A stretch of 56,223 nt of DNA from an uncultured Gammaproteobacteria bacterium (GTDB lineage Bacteria > Patescibacteriota > Microgenomatia > Levybacterales > GWA1-39-11), in the NCBI GenBank assembly GCA_964406795.1, contig CAYOTA010000008.1, positions 1 through 56,223 of the forward strand. The letters run 5' to 3'. Under the pieces are notes generated by a model that saw only the letters and a list, made by a program, of their open reading frames with translations, was not told where the DNA came from and did no database searches. Each line of letters opens with the position of its first letter. Position 1 is the first letter of the stretch. Shown here in pieces: positions 44,508-56,143 of the stretch. The translations under genes were made by a program, and so were the position numbers.

Positions 44508-45083
44508 TTACAAGAGGCCGAGTTTTTTGGAGCATCCACTCCATGGGCCCCATCCTCGTTTTTCCTGAAGCATTTTGCCTCTCATAATTTGTTCATCTCT
44601 GGATGCTTCATGCGGCATATTGGTACCCCCCACCCCACGCCATGCGCTTTCTGAAAATTGAAGGCCACCGTAATATCCATTTCCCGTATTAATTCCCCAA
44701 TTACCTTTAGATTCACACTGAGCCAACTTTTCCCACACATCGGCATCTGCGCTTGATACTTGGACAGGTGAAGAAGTTGGTGCAGGTGTTGGACTTGGGC
44801 TTGGGGTTATTGTTGCCGTGCTGTAGCTATAAGTTACTTCTGATGTGTCCGTGATAGTTTCAAATGTTGAATTATTGTACCAACTGGATACCTCAGGGAG
44901 CACAAATACTTCGTCATCTTGTTTGGAAAAAGCTTGAGGAACGTGAATGAAAAGAATGATGGCAGGGATAGAAAGTGCAAAAAGTATTATCGCCAATCTT
45001 TCACCAAAAAATAAAAGAACAGTTTGTAACCACCGCTCAATTTTTTTCTCAGGCCTTACTTCTACTAAATTTATTTCATCCAT
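44508..45083 (-). CDS. Resuscitation-promoting-factor (Rpf) type transglycosylase-like domain protein, membrane anchored
   Basis: The C-terminal WEKLAQCESKGNWGINTGNGYYGGLQFSESAWRGVGG...GWGPWSGCSKKLGL matches the Rpf domain almost motif for motif, including the catalytic CES-Glu and the conserved Cys pair. N-terminal TM helix and a PSPSPTP linker. ATG at 45083, while the track ORF starts at a TTG at 45095. Confidence 0.85.
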   Translation of the reverse strand: MDEINLVEVRPEKKIERWLQTVLLFFGERLAIILFALSIPAIILFIHVPQAFSKQDDEVFVLPEVSSWYNNSTFETITDTSEVTYSYSTATITPSPSPTPAPTSSPVQVSSADADVWEKLAQCESKGNWGINTGNGYYGGLQFSESAWRGVGGTNMPHEASRDEQIMRGKMLQEKRGWGPWSGCSKKLGLL

Positions 45084-45116
45084 ACAGAAAGCCAAACGCC
45101 TGTTTAAATCGTAAAA

Positions 45117-46142
45117 CTATTTCAGGTATTTGTCAAAAAAATTAACAGAACGATCTATCGCAAGATTAAAGCTTTGGGAAATATTGTGATCATTTCCTTC
45201 ATAGAAAAATATTTCGGATTCAATTCCGGCTTTTTTAAGTGCATTGTAATACAGTTGGGACAATTGGTATGGAACCGTTTCATCTGAATACCCGTGATGT
45301 AATGATACTGGCGCCTTTTGAAGAGATAAATAAGAAGTTGCCGAAATAGAATTCCAAAATGGGCTAGCAAGATTTGGCTCTCCGTAGTCATCTATAAATG
45401 ATTGTCTTGTAGATCTATTAGAATTCATAGCAGGATTTGTGGGATTTGGTTGGCGACGTTTAGACCACCATTCACGGTAAATATCTTCGTATGATCCCAC
45501 TACTCCGCCCCAAATAACTGCCGCTTTTATGTCAGGATTGATTACCAAGGCGCGTTGGGTAATTGTGCCTCCCATAGAGTGTCCCCACATGCCAATTTTA
45601 TCTGGATTTACATATTCTAGCTTTTTAACACTTTCTAATGCATTGAGAACATCGGCTGTATATCCTGGGGAAAAGTAAGCACCCTCGGCGTCTCCCTCTG
45701 AAAAACCGTGCCCTCTATAATCTGACTTAAATACTACATAACCGTTTCTCGCAAAAGTATCTACGTATGCAATATAACGTTCATTTGTTCTGTATTCAGC
45801 GGGAGGTATATATCCATGGTTAAAGATAATAACCGGATATCCGTTTTCCGGTTTAAGTGTTTCAGGGACAGTAAGCAAGCCGTTTATTTTAAGACCATCT
45901 GATTTATATGAGGTAATATACTGCTTGTAATTACTTCCGGCGGGGAGTTCTTGTTCAATAACAATTTCAGATCCTGGGTATGGTTTAAGACGCATGCCAT
46001 CAATACTGAGCGGGTGGCGGAAAATATTTGTGGCTGTTTTAGTTGGTGTTTCTACAACTCTTTTGTTACTGCTTAAAACCAAAAGCAAAACTACTCCAAA
46101 AACCCCAACAAATAAAAATAATACTATCAAACGCATGATCAT
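45117..46142 (-). CDS. S9/prolyl-oligopeptidase-like alpha/beta hydrolase, membrane anchored
   Basis: Nucleophile elbow WGHSMGG, later HHGYSDETVP (Asp) and GNDHN (His), and an N-terminal TM helix. The first ATG is at 46142, and a TTG at 46148 begins the ORF. Confidence 0.7.
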   Translation of the reverse strand: MIMRLIVLFLFVGVFGVVLLLVLSSNKRVVETPTKTATNIFRHPLSIDGMRLKPYPGSEIVIEQELPAGSNYKQYITSYKSDGLKINGLLTVPETLKPENGYPVIIFNHGYIPPAEYRTNERYIAYVDTFARNGYVVFKSDYRGHGFSEGDAEGAYFSPGYTADVLNALESVKKLEYVNPDKIGMWGHSMGGTITQRALVINPDIKAAVIWGGVVGSYEDIYREWWSKRRQPNPTNPAMNSNRSTRQSFIDDYGEPNLASPFWNSISATSYLSLQKAPVSLHHGYSDETVPYQLSQLYYNALKKAGIESEIFFYEGNDHNISQSFNLAIDRSVNFFDKYLK

Positions 46143-46151
46143 ATGCAATTA

Positions 46152-48635
46152 TTACTCGCCCTCAACAGCTGTCGCTGTGGCAACGTGGTCACCTGTTGTT
46201 TTAAAACGCATGAGAATTACTCCCTGCGCATTGCGGGACAATAGAGGAACGGATGTTAGATCTAACTTTACAATAAGACCTTTGAGCGTTGTAATGATTA
46301 CTTCTTTGGATTTTTCATCCAATACATTTGAGAATACAATTTTTCCTGTTTTGTCAGTTATATTAGCTACTCTAATTCCCTGCCCTCCTCTGTTCTGATT
46401 TTTAAATTCTGAAACACGCGTTTTTTTTCCAATTCCGTTGGCAGTTATAACAAGTAAGTTTTTATTTGAACTTTGCTCCATAACGTCAGCTGCTACTACC
46501 TCGTCATCTCCCACGAGCTTAATTCCCCTAACTCCCATAGATGATCTTCCAGTGCTTCTGATTTGATCTTCGCTAAATGAGATTATTTTTCCATTTTTGG
46601 TAACTAGTAGTACTTCCATTTTTCCATCCGTGAAGTCTACAAATGATAGCTCATCATTACTTTGAATCTTAATTGCCAAAATACCTGATTTTCTAATATT
46701 TTTAAATTCTTCAAGGCTGGTCTTTTTAACTTCACCTTTTTTGGTTGCCATGAGAACAAACTTGTTTGCAGCTTTTTGAGTAGGGTTATAAGTTAAAACA
46801 GACTTAATGGTTTCGCCGGCCGGCATATCAATAAGATTGACTATAGCTTGTCCTTTAGCTACTCTACTGCTTTCAGGAATTTCAAACACGCGGGTTTGGT
46901 ATACTTTTCCGGTGTTTGTGTAGAACAGTACAAAGTCATGTGTTTCAGAATACAAAATATGCTCTATTGCATCATCCTCTTTTGTAGTCATACCAGTAAT
47001 TCCTTTACCTCCCCTGTGCTGCGTTTTGAATGATGACATGCTTTGTCTCTTCACGTATCCTGTTTGGGTAATAGTAATAACAGTAGGTTCATTTTGAATG
47101 AGGTCTTCCTCAGAAAATTCATCAACTTTTGATTTATAAACCCTGGTACGGCGTTCATCAGCAAATTTTTCTTTTAATTTTTCTATTTCCCCTTTTATAA
47201 CAGCTAACATTTTAATTGGGTCGCCCAGAATAGAATTCAGGTAATCAATTAATTCTTTAACTACCTTCCACTCCTCTTCCAGCTTTTCCCGCTCAAGTGC
47301 TGCCAGACGCCTTAACTGCATGTCCAAAATTGCAGTTGCCTGAAGTTCAGATAATTTAAAGTGCTCCATAAGGGCAGCTTTAGCGGCATCAGCTGAAGCC
47401 GATTCCCTAATAAGTTTTATAACTGCGTCTATGTTGTTTACTGCAATAAGCAACCCATCAAGAATGTGAAGTCTTGATGTAGCCTCACGTAGCTCAAACT
47501 CTGAGCGTCTAGTAACTACAGAAAATCTGTGCTTTAAATATTCTTCCAGAATTATTTTGAGATTTACTGTTTTTGGTACTCCGTCAACGAGTGCTACCAT
47601 ATTTGCGGGAAATTGAGTTTGTAGGGACGTGAGTTTGAAAAGATTATTTAAAACCTTTTTAGGGGTTGCGTCTCTCTTGAGTTCTACTACTACTCGTACA
47701 CCATGTCTATCTGATTCGTCGCGTAGATCAGAAATGCCTTCAAGTCGTTTGTCTTTTGCAAGTTCAGCAATTTTGGCAACCAGCATGGCCTTATTCACTT
47801 GGTAAGGAACTTCCCGTATGATAATTGCACTCTTCCCGTTTCCGATATTCTCTATTTCAGCAATTCCCCGGATTATAATTTTGCCGCGACCTGTTCTGTA
47901 TACATTTTTAATTTCTGTAATGTCATATATTGCTCCTCCAGTTGGGAAGTCCGGTCCTTTTACATATTCTATTAACTCATCAACGGTAACATCAGCTGAC
48001 AGCGTTACTTTCCCATCCTCTCCTTTAGTAGGAACGGTTTTCCCCATAAGATATATGGTGGCATCAATTACTTCGCCTATATTATGAGGGGGAATTTTTG
48101 TTGCCATACCTACCGCAATTCCTTCAGCTCCGGCAAGTAATAAATTAGGAAGAAGACTTGGTAGATACAGGGGTTCTTGAAGGGTTGCGTCAAAATTAGG
48201 TAAAAAGTCTACAGTTTCTTTATCTATGTCGCGTAGCATCTCACCTGCAATTGTTGCGAGCTTAGCCTCAGTGTAACGCATTGCTGCAGCAGAGTCTCCG
48301 TCCATAGATCCAAAGTTTCCTTGACCATGAATCAGTGGATATCTGAGTGAAAAGTCTTGAGCCAAGCGCACTAACGTATCATAAATTGCGGTGTCACCAT
48401 GTGGGTGATATTTACCCATAACTTCTCCAACAATTTTTGCAGACTTTGCAAACCGAGCTGTAGGATTTAGTCCCATTTCATGCATGGCAAAAAGAATACG
48501 TCTGTGAACAGGTTTTAGTCCGTCACGAACGTCCGGGAGTGCACGTTGGACTATAACGCTCATAGCGTAATCCAAGTAGGCTTTTTGTGCCTCTTTTGCT
48601 AAATCTATATGTTCTAATTTTCCTATGTCTGACAT
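46152..48635 (-). CDS. gyrA: DNA gyrase subunit A
   Basis: [23 protein letters not shown] (catalytic Tyr) and a C-terminal beta-pinwheel with a GyrA-box-like QNRGGQGI. 827 aa. Confidence 0.95.
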   Translation of the reverse strand: MSDIGKLEHIDLAKEAQKAYLDYAMSVIVQRALPDVRDGLKPVHRRILFAMHEMGLNPTARFAKSAKIVGEVMGKYHPHGDTAIYDTLVRLAQDFSLRYPLIHGQGNFGSMDGDSAAAMRYTEAKLATIAGEMLRDIDKETVDFLPNFDATLQEPLYLPSLLPNLLLAGAEGIAVGMATKIPPHNIGEVIDATIYLMGKTVPTKGEDGKVTLSADVTVDELIEYVKGPDFPTGGAIYDITEIKNVYRTGRGKIIIRGIAEIENIGNGKSAIIIREVPYQVNKAMLVAKIAELAKDKRLEGISDLRDESDRHGVRVVVELKRDATPKKVLNNLFKLTSLQTQFPANMVALVDGVPKTVNLKIILEEYLKHRFSVVTRRSEFELREATSRLHILDGLLIAVNNIDAVIKLIRESASADAAKAALMEHFKLSELQATAILDMQLRRLAALEREKLEEEWKVVKELIDYLNSILGDPIKMLAVIKGEIEKLKEKFADERRTRVYKSKVDEFSEEDLIQNEPTVITITQTGYVKRQSMSSFKTQHRGGKGITGMTTKEDDAIEHILYSETHDFVLFYTNTGKVYQTRVFEIPESSRVAKGQAIVNLIDMPAGETIKSVLTYNPTQKAANKFVLMATKKGEVKKTSLEEFKNIRKSGILAIKIQSNDELSFVDFTDGKMEVLLVTKNGKIISFSEDQIRSTGRSSMGVRGIKLVGDDEVVAADVMEQSSNKNLLVITANGIGKKTRVSEFKNQNRGGQGIRVANITDKTGKIVFSNVLDEKSKEVIITTLKGLIVKLDLTSVPLLSRNAQGVILMRFKTTGDHVATATAVEGE

Positions 48636-48642
48636 AATTTAC

Positions 48643-48676
48643 AAACGTCTGCGCTTACGTATAAGCGCATGCGTTT
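48643..48676 (-). promoter_or_regulatory. Strong intergenic hairpin between ppa and gyrA
   Basis: Inner perfect stem GCGCTTA (48651-48657) / TAAGCGC (48662-48668) with a 4-nt loop. Outer stem AAACG (48643-48647) / CGTTT (48672-48676). No T-run follows on the coding strand, so it is not a classical terminator. Confidence 0.5.
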
Positions 48677-48681
48677 AAAAA

Positions 48682-49194
48682 CTACTTATAATTCTCAAGT
48701 CCACCCTGAATCTCTTTAATCGCGTCTTCTCTACCCTTCCATCCGCTTACTTTTACCCATTTGCCTGGTTCATTTTTTTTGTAATTTTCAAAAAAGTATT
48801 TAATTTTTTCCGTGATCTCATTTGGCAATTCTGAAATATCATTATACTTCCCAAATTCGGGATTTGCTTTCTCAGTTGGTACTGCAACAAGTTTAGCATC
48901 CTGTCCTTTTTCGTCTTCAGTTTCAAGCATTCCAATTGGTTTGGCTACTATAACTGATCCTGGTGTTAAAACGTCTGGCGCTAGTACTAAAACGTCTACT
49001 GGATCACCATCTCCTGATAATGTGTTTGGAATAAACCCGTAATTTGCCGGATATCCTTGATCAAAGAATAAAAATCTGTCAACAGTAATCATTTCTGTTT
49101 CCTTATCAAATTCGTATTTAACCTTACTGCCTAGTGGCACTTCAATTAATACATTTACTAATTCCGGTGCTTTTTCTCCTGCTGTTAATTTCAT
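48682..49194 (-). CDS. ppa: Inorganic pyrophosphatase (family I)
   Basis: VNVLIEVPLGSKVKYE, YPANYGFIP, DGDPVDVLV. 170 aa. SD GAGGTG upstream. Confidence 0.95.
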   Translation of the reverse strand: MKLTAGEKAPELVNVLIEVPLGSKVKYEFDKETEMITVDRFLFFDQGYPANYGFIPNTLSGDGDPVDVLVLAPDVLTPGSVIVAKPIGMLETEDEKGQDAKLVAVPTEKANPEFGKYNDISELPNEITEKIKYFFENYKKNEPGKWVKVSGWKGREDAIKEIQGGLENYK

Positions 49195-49220
49195 AATTTA
49201 GTTTTCACCTCATTTCGTTT

Positions 49221-49282
49221 GTCATTCTGAGTGAAGCGAAGAATCTTAAACTAACTAGATCCTTCATTAGATTCAGGATGAC
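49221..49282 (-). promoter_or_regulatory. Long imperfect hairpin between gyrB and ppa
   Basis: Outer stem GTCATTCTGA (49221-49230) / TCAGGATGAC (49273-49282), 10 bp with one G-T pair. Inner stem GAAGAATCT (49238-49246) / AGATCCTTC (49257-49265) with one mismatch. Confidence 0.45.
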
Positions 49283-49288
49283 ATACTA

Positions 49289-51241
<1,953 letters not shown>

Positions 51242-51283
51242 CTATTAAATAGAAAAAAGCGATATGTTAATCGCGTGAATATC

Positions 51284-51312
51284 AGTATAGACAAAAATGA
51301 AGAGTCTGTCAA
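51284..51312 (-). promoter_or_regulatory. Sigma70-type promoter upstream of gyrB (TTGACA-17 nt-TATACT on the minus strand)
   Basis: The complement of 51307-51312 is TTGACA, followed by a 17-nt spacer, and the complement of 51284-51289 is TATACT. It would give a ~35-nt leader containing the small hairpin GCGAT-taacat-ATCGC. Confidence 0.5.
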
Positions 51313-51344
51313 CTTGCAGTGGAATTTTTTGTATGTACTCTCTT

Positions 51345-52547
51345 TTATTGAATAGAAGAGATGATGGAATAAATCGGTGAGATAACTGAAATAATCAAAA
51401 ACCCTACTGTTACACCCAGGAAAAGCAATAAAATTGGCTCAATTGCGGTTGTAAGTGTTCTAATCTTAAGACTCAAATCACGCTCAAAGTATTGGGACAC
51501 CTTACCCAGAGAATCATCGATTTTACCCGTAGACTCCCCCACCTTTGTCATTTGAACCATAATGGGAGGGAATAGATTTTGCTGTTCAAAAGCGGTTGAT
51601 AAATTAATACCTTTTTCCACTAATGTTGCACTGTTTAACATGGCCTTTTTATAGACGTAATTATTTGCGACGTTGGCGGTTATGGAAAGACTTTCAAGCA
51701 TAGATGTACCAGATGAAATAAGTAAAGAAAGTGTTCTTGAAATTTCATCCTCAATTGACAAACGCAAAATGCCTCCCATTACAGGAATTTTTAATTTGTA
51801 TGTGTCAATGAGTTCTATGCCCTGTGGTGTTTTTGCAAAACGTTTTATAAGAACCACACCTATAACTAGTAATATAACTATGATAGGAAATGCATTAATA
51901 AAAAAGCTCGATGTACCCAGCACAATTCTTGTGATAAGAGGTAGCTCCACATCCAGTCCTTCATATAACTGTGCCAACTGAGGGATAACAAACAAATTCA
52001 TGATTACTATAACACCTATTACACCCCCTCCTACTATAAGTGGGTAAAACATGGCAGATTTTATTTTCTTTTTCAGATCTTCTGATTGTTCCAGATTTTC
52101 AGCAAGTCGTCCCAATACCTTATCCATAACACCCCCGGTTTCTGAGGCTTTGATCAATGCAATGTATACATCAGAAAATACATCCCTGTGGTAGGACAAC
52201 GCTGTGGAAAGTGAGTTTCCTGCCGAAATGGATGCGATAAGATCTAAAATTACACTTCTTAAAGCAGGCTTTGTTGATTGGTTTTTAAGAATAGTTAATG
52301 ACTCAACAAGCGTTAAGCCTGTTTGGATCATAGATGCTAGCTGACGCGTAAAAATTACCACATCTGAGTCTTTTACTTTCGAAAAATATGTCATGAACGG
52401 AAGCTGCAAGTTATGAGATTCAGATATTTGAATAGGGGTGAGTCTGTTATCGCGTAAATATGACACTACCTCGGCTCTATTGTTTGCTTCTAAAAGTCCT
52501 TTTTGTTTGAGGCCATTTTCATTAACAGCAAGATAGGTATATTGCAT
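51345..52547 (-). CDS. pilC: Type IV pilus / T2SS platform protein (PilC/GspF family)
   Basis: 400 aa, two GspF repeats, three TM segments, with the characteristic FTRQLASMIQTGL and ESTGKID motifs. Confidence 0.85.
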   Translation of the reverse strand: MQYTYLAVNENGLKQKGLLEANNRAEVVSYLRDNRLTPIQISESHNLQLPFMTYFSKVKDSDVVIFTRQLASMIQTGLTLVESLTILKNQSTKPALRSVILDLIASISAGNSLSTALSYHRDVFSDVYIALIKASETGGVMDKVLGRLAENLEQSEDLKKKIKSAMFYPLIVGGGVIGVIVIMNLFVIPQLAQLYEGLDVELPLITRIVLGTSSFFINAFPIIVILLVIGVVLIKRFAKTPQGIELIDTYKLKIPVMGGILRLSIEDEISRTLSLLISSGTSMLESLSITANVANNYVYKKAMLNSATLVEKGINLSTAFEQQNLFPPIMVQMTKVGESTGKIDDSLGKVSQYFERDLSLKIRTLTTAIEPILLLFLGVTVGFLIISVISPIYSIISSIQ

Positions 52548-52554
52548 AATAAAA

Positions 52555-53619
52555 TTATAAAAGCCTCATAAATGTTTCCGGGTGAAGTGAGTAGCTTTTG
52601 GCAGCTTCCATAGACACAATTCCCTCTTTTACAAGTTTTGCCAGAGATGCTTCAAGTGGAATCATACCTTCACTCTGGGAGGTTTCTATAATAGAGTCAA
52701 TCAAATGTGTTTTTCCATCTCTAATGTTTGCACGAACTGCATTAACTCCCAGTAGAACTTCTGTTGCGACAACTCGGCCTGAGTCCAGGCGCTCAAGCAG
52801 CCTTTGGGATACTACGCCACCTAGTGTTGCTGCTAGCTGCGTTTTAATCTGTGCCTGTTGGTGTTCCGGGAATGAATCAATAATGCGGTCTATACTTTGA
52901 GAAGCAGAATTGGTGTGAAGGGTTGAGAAAACCAAATGTCCTGTTTCTGCAATAGAAATGGCCGCTGCAATACTTTCAGGGTCACGCATTTCACCAATAA
53001 GTACTACGTCTATATCTTCACGAAGTGCGTTTTTAAGACCTTCATGCCATGAGTGAGTGTCAGATCCCAATTCTCTTTGCGAGATAATACTCTTTCCTTT
53101 TGGATACACATACTCGATTGGGTCTTCAATAGTTAAAATGTTTGTAGGCCGAGTTAAATTTATTTCGTTGAGTATTGCCGCAATGGTAGTGGACTTACCG
53201 TGTCCGGTAGGACCTGTCACTAAAATAAAACCTTGTCTTAAAGTCGCAAATGTATGACATATATTAGGAAGCCCTAATTCTTCTATAGTTCTTATTTTGG
53301 CAGGGAGAAGTCGAAAGGCCGCGGCAAGCGTTCCGCGCTGATAATAGCAGTTGACTCTGAAGCGGCCTATATCACCATAACTTCCTCCACCAAATGCATA
53401 AGAAAAATCAATATTTCTATTTGATTCCAGTAATTCTTTTTGGTTGTCTTTAAGTATGCTTCCAATCATCTGAGTCATATGCTCATTGGTTATGACTGGG
53501 TATACATTTAAATTTGCCAAGCGCCCATCAATTCGGAGTACTGGGTGCTCCCCTACTACTAGATGCAAGTCTGATGCGTTATTTTGAACTGTTTTACTGA
53601 GTAAATCTTGTATATCCAT
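52555..53619 (-). CDS. pilT: Type IV pilus retraction ATPase PilT
   Basis: ASDLHLVVGEHPVLRIDG, Walker A GPTGHGKST, Asp box ILIGEMRD, His box TGHLVFSTLHT. 354 aa. Confidence 0.85.
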   Translation of the reverse strand: MDIQDLLSKTVQNNASDLHLVVGEHPVLRIDGRLANLNVYPVITNEHMTQMIGSILKDNQKELLESNRNIDFSYAFGGGSYGDIGRFRVNCYYQRGTLAAAFRLLPAKIRTIEELGLPNICHTFATLRQGFILVTGPTGHGKSTTIAAILNEINLTRPTNILTIEDPIEYVYPKGKSIISQRELGSDTHSWHEGLKNALREDIDVVLIGEMRDPESIAAAISIAETGHLVFSTLHTNSASQSIDRIIDSFPEHQQAQIKTQLAATLGGVVSQRLLERLDSGRVVATEVLLGVNAVRANIRDGKTHLIDSIIETSQSEGMIPLEASLAKLVKEGIVSMEAAKSYSLHPETFMRLL

Positions 53620-53622
53620 ATA

Positions 53623-55383
53623 TTAATCTTGCGCGACACGCAGCACTTCTTCAAGTGTTGTAAGTCCTTCAAGTGCTTTTAAGTATCCATCTTGTTTTAT
53701 TGTTATCATTCCTTCTTTCTTTGCTTCTTCTTCTATGGTGTTGGCGTCAGATCTTTCCAAAATAAGGCGTGAAATTTGGTTACTAATATTCATAACTTCA
53801 TATATTCCAATACGTCCCAAATAGCCTGATTGTCCGCATGGCTCGCAGCCATTTCCTTTATAAAGGGTAATGTCCTGCGTTGTAATTAGCGTTCCTAGTA
53901 CCTTTTTAATCTCTGTGACAATTTCAGCAGTGGGTTTATATGGAGTTTTGCAGTGCGGGCATATTTGGCGCGCGATTCTTTGTCCTACAACGGCCGTCAT
54001 AGTAGACGCTAGTAAAAATGTTTCAGCTCCCATGTCCATAAGACGGGGAAGTGTTCCGGCTGCATTAGAGGTATGAATTGTTGAGAAAACCAAATGTCCG
54101 GTTAGTGCTGCCTGTATTGCCAGGTCAGTTGTTTCTTTATCACGAATTTCTCCAACTAGTATTATATTTGGATCTTGTCTTAAGAACGCGCGAAGTCCGG
54201 ATGCAAAAGATAATCCGACGTCGGGGTTTATCTGTACTTGGTTAACACCTGGGATTTGGTATTCAACCGGATCCTCTAGGGTTGCAATATTTACCTTTGC
54301 AGTGTTGAGTTTTGAAAGTACAGCGTACAGTGTAGTAGTTTTTCCACTTCCAGTTGGGCCGCATACTATAATAATTCCGTGTGGGCGCAAAATCGCCGTT
54401 TCAAGTGATTTTTGTGCAACTCCTGTTAACCCTAATTCTGAAAGCGTAGGTACTCCCCCACTCTTTTTAAGTAAACGCATAACTATTTTCTCACCATACG
54501 TGGTGGGAAGTACAGATACACGCAAATCTACCTCTTCATTCCCAAATTTAAAATTAAACCGTCCGTCTTGAGGGGTTCTGTGTTCGTCTATTTTAAGATC
54601 TGACAAAATTTTAATACGAGAAATAACTGCGTCCTGAACTCCTTTTGGCAATGAAAGTCTTTCATAGAGTATTCCATCAATTCTATAACGCACACGCACT
54701 CTGTCTTCCTGTGGCTCTATATGTACGTCTGATGCTCTACTCTTCATAGCATATTCCAAAATGGTGGACACAATTTTTGCAATAGGTGCCTCTTTTATTA
54801 CTTGCGCAATACTTGCTTGGTCAAATGTTTTAACTTTTGCAACCGCTTCATTTTCTGCCAGCGCTTCTTTTACTTCCCCTATCAATCCAATGTTATATTG
54901 AGTTGTAACTGCCTCCTCTACTTCTGATGGAATTGCTTGATACGGATTAACTGTCAGTCCTGTTTTTTGCTGAATAAAGTTTATAGCTTCAAAGTCCAGA
55001 GGATCAGCCATTGCCAGGGATAAGGTAAGTTTTTCTTTATCATGTGCAAATGGGACAACTTTAAAACGCTCTGCTACATTTTTTGGAATAAAGCTCAGGG
55101 ATTCCGGAGAAAAAGGAAGTGTAATGACTGACACAAATGGAATATTTGTTAACTTTGCCCGTGCTTCATAATATTGTTCTTGTGTAATGAGCTTAGTTTC
55201 GATCATTACATCCTCGATATTTTTTCCCGTACGCTGCGACTCGTCTTCCAGTTTTGCGTACTGTTCTGGGGTTAATACATGCTCCTCAAGTAAAATATCT
55301 ACCAATGTTTTTTCTGTTCTGATATTTCCTGAGGTAGGTTGTGTGCTTGGTTGTGGTTGGTTTGGAAGCTGGGCAGTATCCAT
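53623..55383 (-). CDS. pilB: Type IV pilus assembly ATPase PilB/GspE
   Basis: N-terminal GSPII_E_N-like domain, Walker A GPTGSGKTTT, ILVGEIRD, TGHLVFSTIHT, and the tetracysteine motif CPHC...CEPC. 586 aa. Confidence 0.85.
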   Translation of the reverse strand: MDTAQLPNQPQPSTQPTSGNIRTEKTLVDILLEEHVLTPEQYAKLEDESQRTGKNIEDVMIETKLITQEQYYEARAKLTNIPFVSVITLPFSPESLSFIPKNVAERFKVVPFAHDKEKLTLSLAMADPLDFEAINFIQQKTGLTVNPYQAIPSEVEEAVTTQYNIGLIGEVKEALAENEAVAKVKTFDQASIAQVIKEAPIAKIVSTILEYAMKSRASDVHIEPQEDRVRVRYRIDGILYERLSLPKGVQDAVISRIKILSDLKIDEHRTPQDGRFNFKFGNEEVDLRVSVLPTTYGEKIVMRLLKKSGGVPTLSELGLTGVAQKSLETAILRPHGIIIVCGPTGSGKTTTLYAVLSKLNTAKVNIATLEDPVEYQIPGVNQVQINPDVGLSFASGLRAFLRQDPNIILVGEIRDKETTDLAIQAALTGHLVFSTIHTSNAAGTLPRLMDMGAETFLLASTMTAVVGQRIARQICPHCKTPYKPTAEIVTEIKKVLGTLITTQDITLYKGNGCEPCGQSGYLGRIGIYEVMNISNQISRLILERSDANTIEEEAKKEGMITIKQDGYLKALEGLTTLEEVLRVAQD

Positions 55384-55442
55384 AAGAAATATTCCGGAAG
55401 ATTCCAGAGTACTTATTTAATACTAGTGTAATAATTGCTACA

Positions 55443-56069
55443 ATGTCAACAGCCATGCAAACATTTCTTATTGTAGGAGATAAAACCCAACAGGAATCCT
55501 TTATTTCCAATTTTAAAAAAGAGAAAAATATTACGTCTTACCTTGTGACACACTTTGACGAAGTATTTAAAATAACTGATGCACGTGCATATCAAAAACT
55601 TTTGTCAGTTAAAATTGCAGAGTCAGAATCCAGATTAATACTGATCACAAATCCTACTTTAGAGTCCCAGCATGCATTACTCAAAACGCTAGAAGAATTG
55701 CCGGAAAAAACATATGTGTTTTTCCTGGTTTCCAGTAAGGAAGTGTTGATTCCCACCGTACTTTCCCGCGCGTCAATTGTGGACCTGGCCGGTGATAGCG
55801 CACTAACGGATAAGGAGATAGCATTTCCGGCAGATGCACTTGATGGAACGCACAAGGTTCTTTCACATATCAGTAGTACTGTCACAAATGAAGATATGGA
55901 AGCATATATAGTATCTCTAAGACAGTCCCTTATCCAAAAAGTTACACAAGGAGATGATGTTAATAATTTAGTGAAGGTTTTAAAAACTGTTTCTTACAAT
56001 TATGCATTTTCAAAAACAAATAATATTAATAAAAAAATGGCATTAGAGCAGGCAGTTCTAGCCTCATAA
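55443..56069 (+). CDS. DNA polymerase III delta-prime-like clamp-loader subunit with degenerate P-loop
   Basis: QHALLKTLEELPEKTYVFFLVS (NALLKTLEEPP motif) and PTVLSRASIVDL (TIxSRC motif). The Walker A position reads LIVGDKTQQ. 208 aa, so shorter than typical HolB. Confidence 0.5.
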   Translation: MSTAMQTFLIVGDKTQQESFISNFKKEKNITSYLVTHFDEVFKITDARAYQKLLSVKIAESESRLILITNPTLESQHALLKTLEELPEKTYVFFLVSSKEVLIPTVLSRASIVDLAGDSALTDKEIAFPADALDGTHKVLSHISSTVTNEDMEAYIVSLRQSLIQKVTQGDDVNNLVKVLKTVSYNYAFSKTNNINKKMALEQAVLAS

Positions 56070-56143
56070 ATAAGTAATAATAGTCCCATAAGATTTTGCT
56101 CATTGACAAGTTCTACCGATGTTTGATTAAGTATTTTTAGAAC

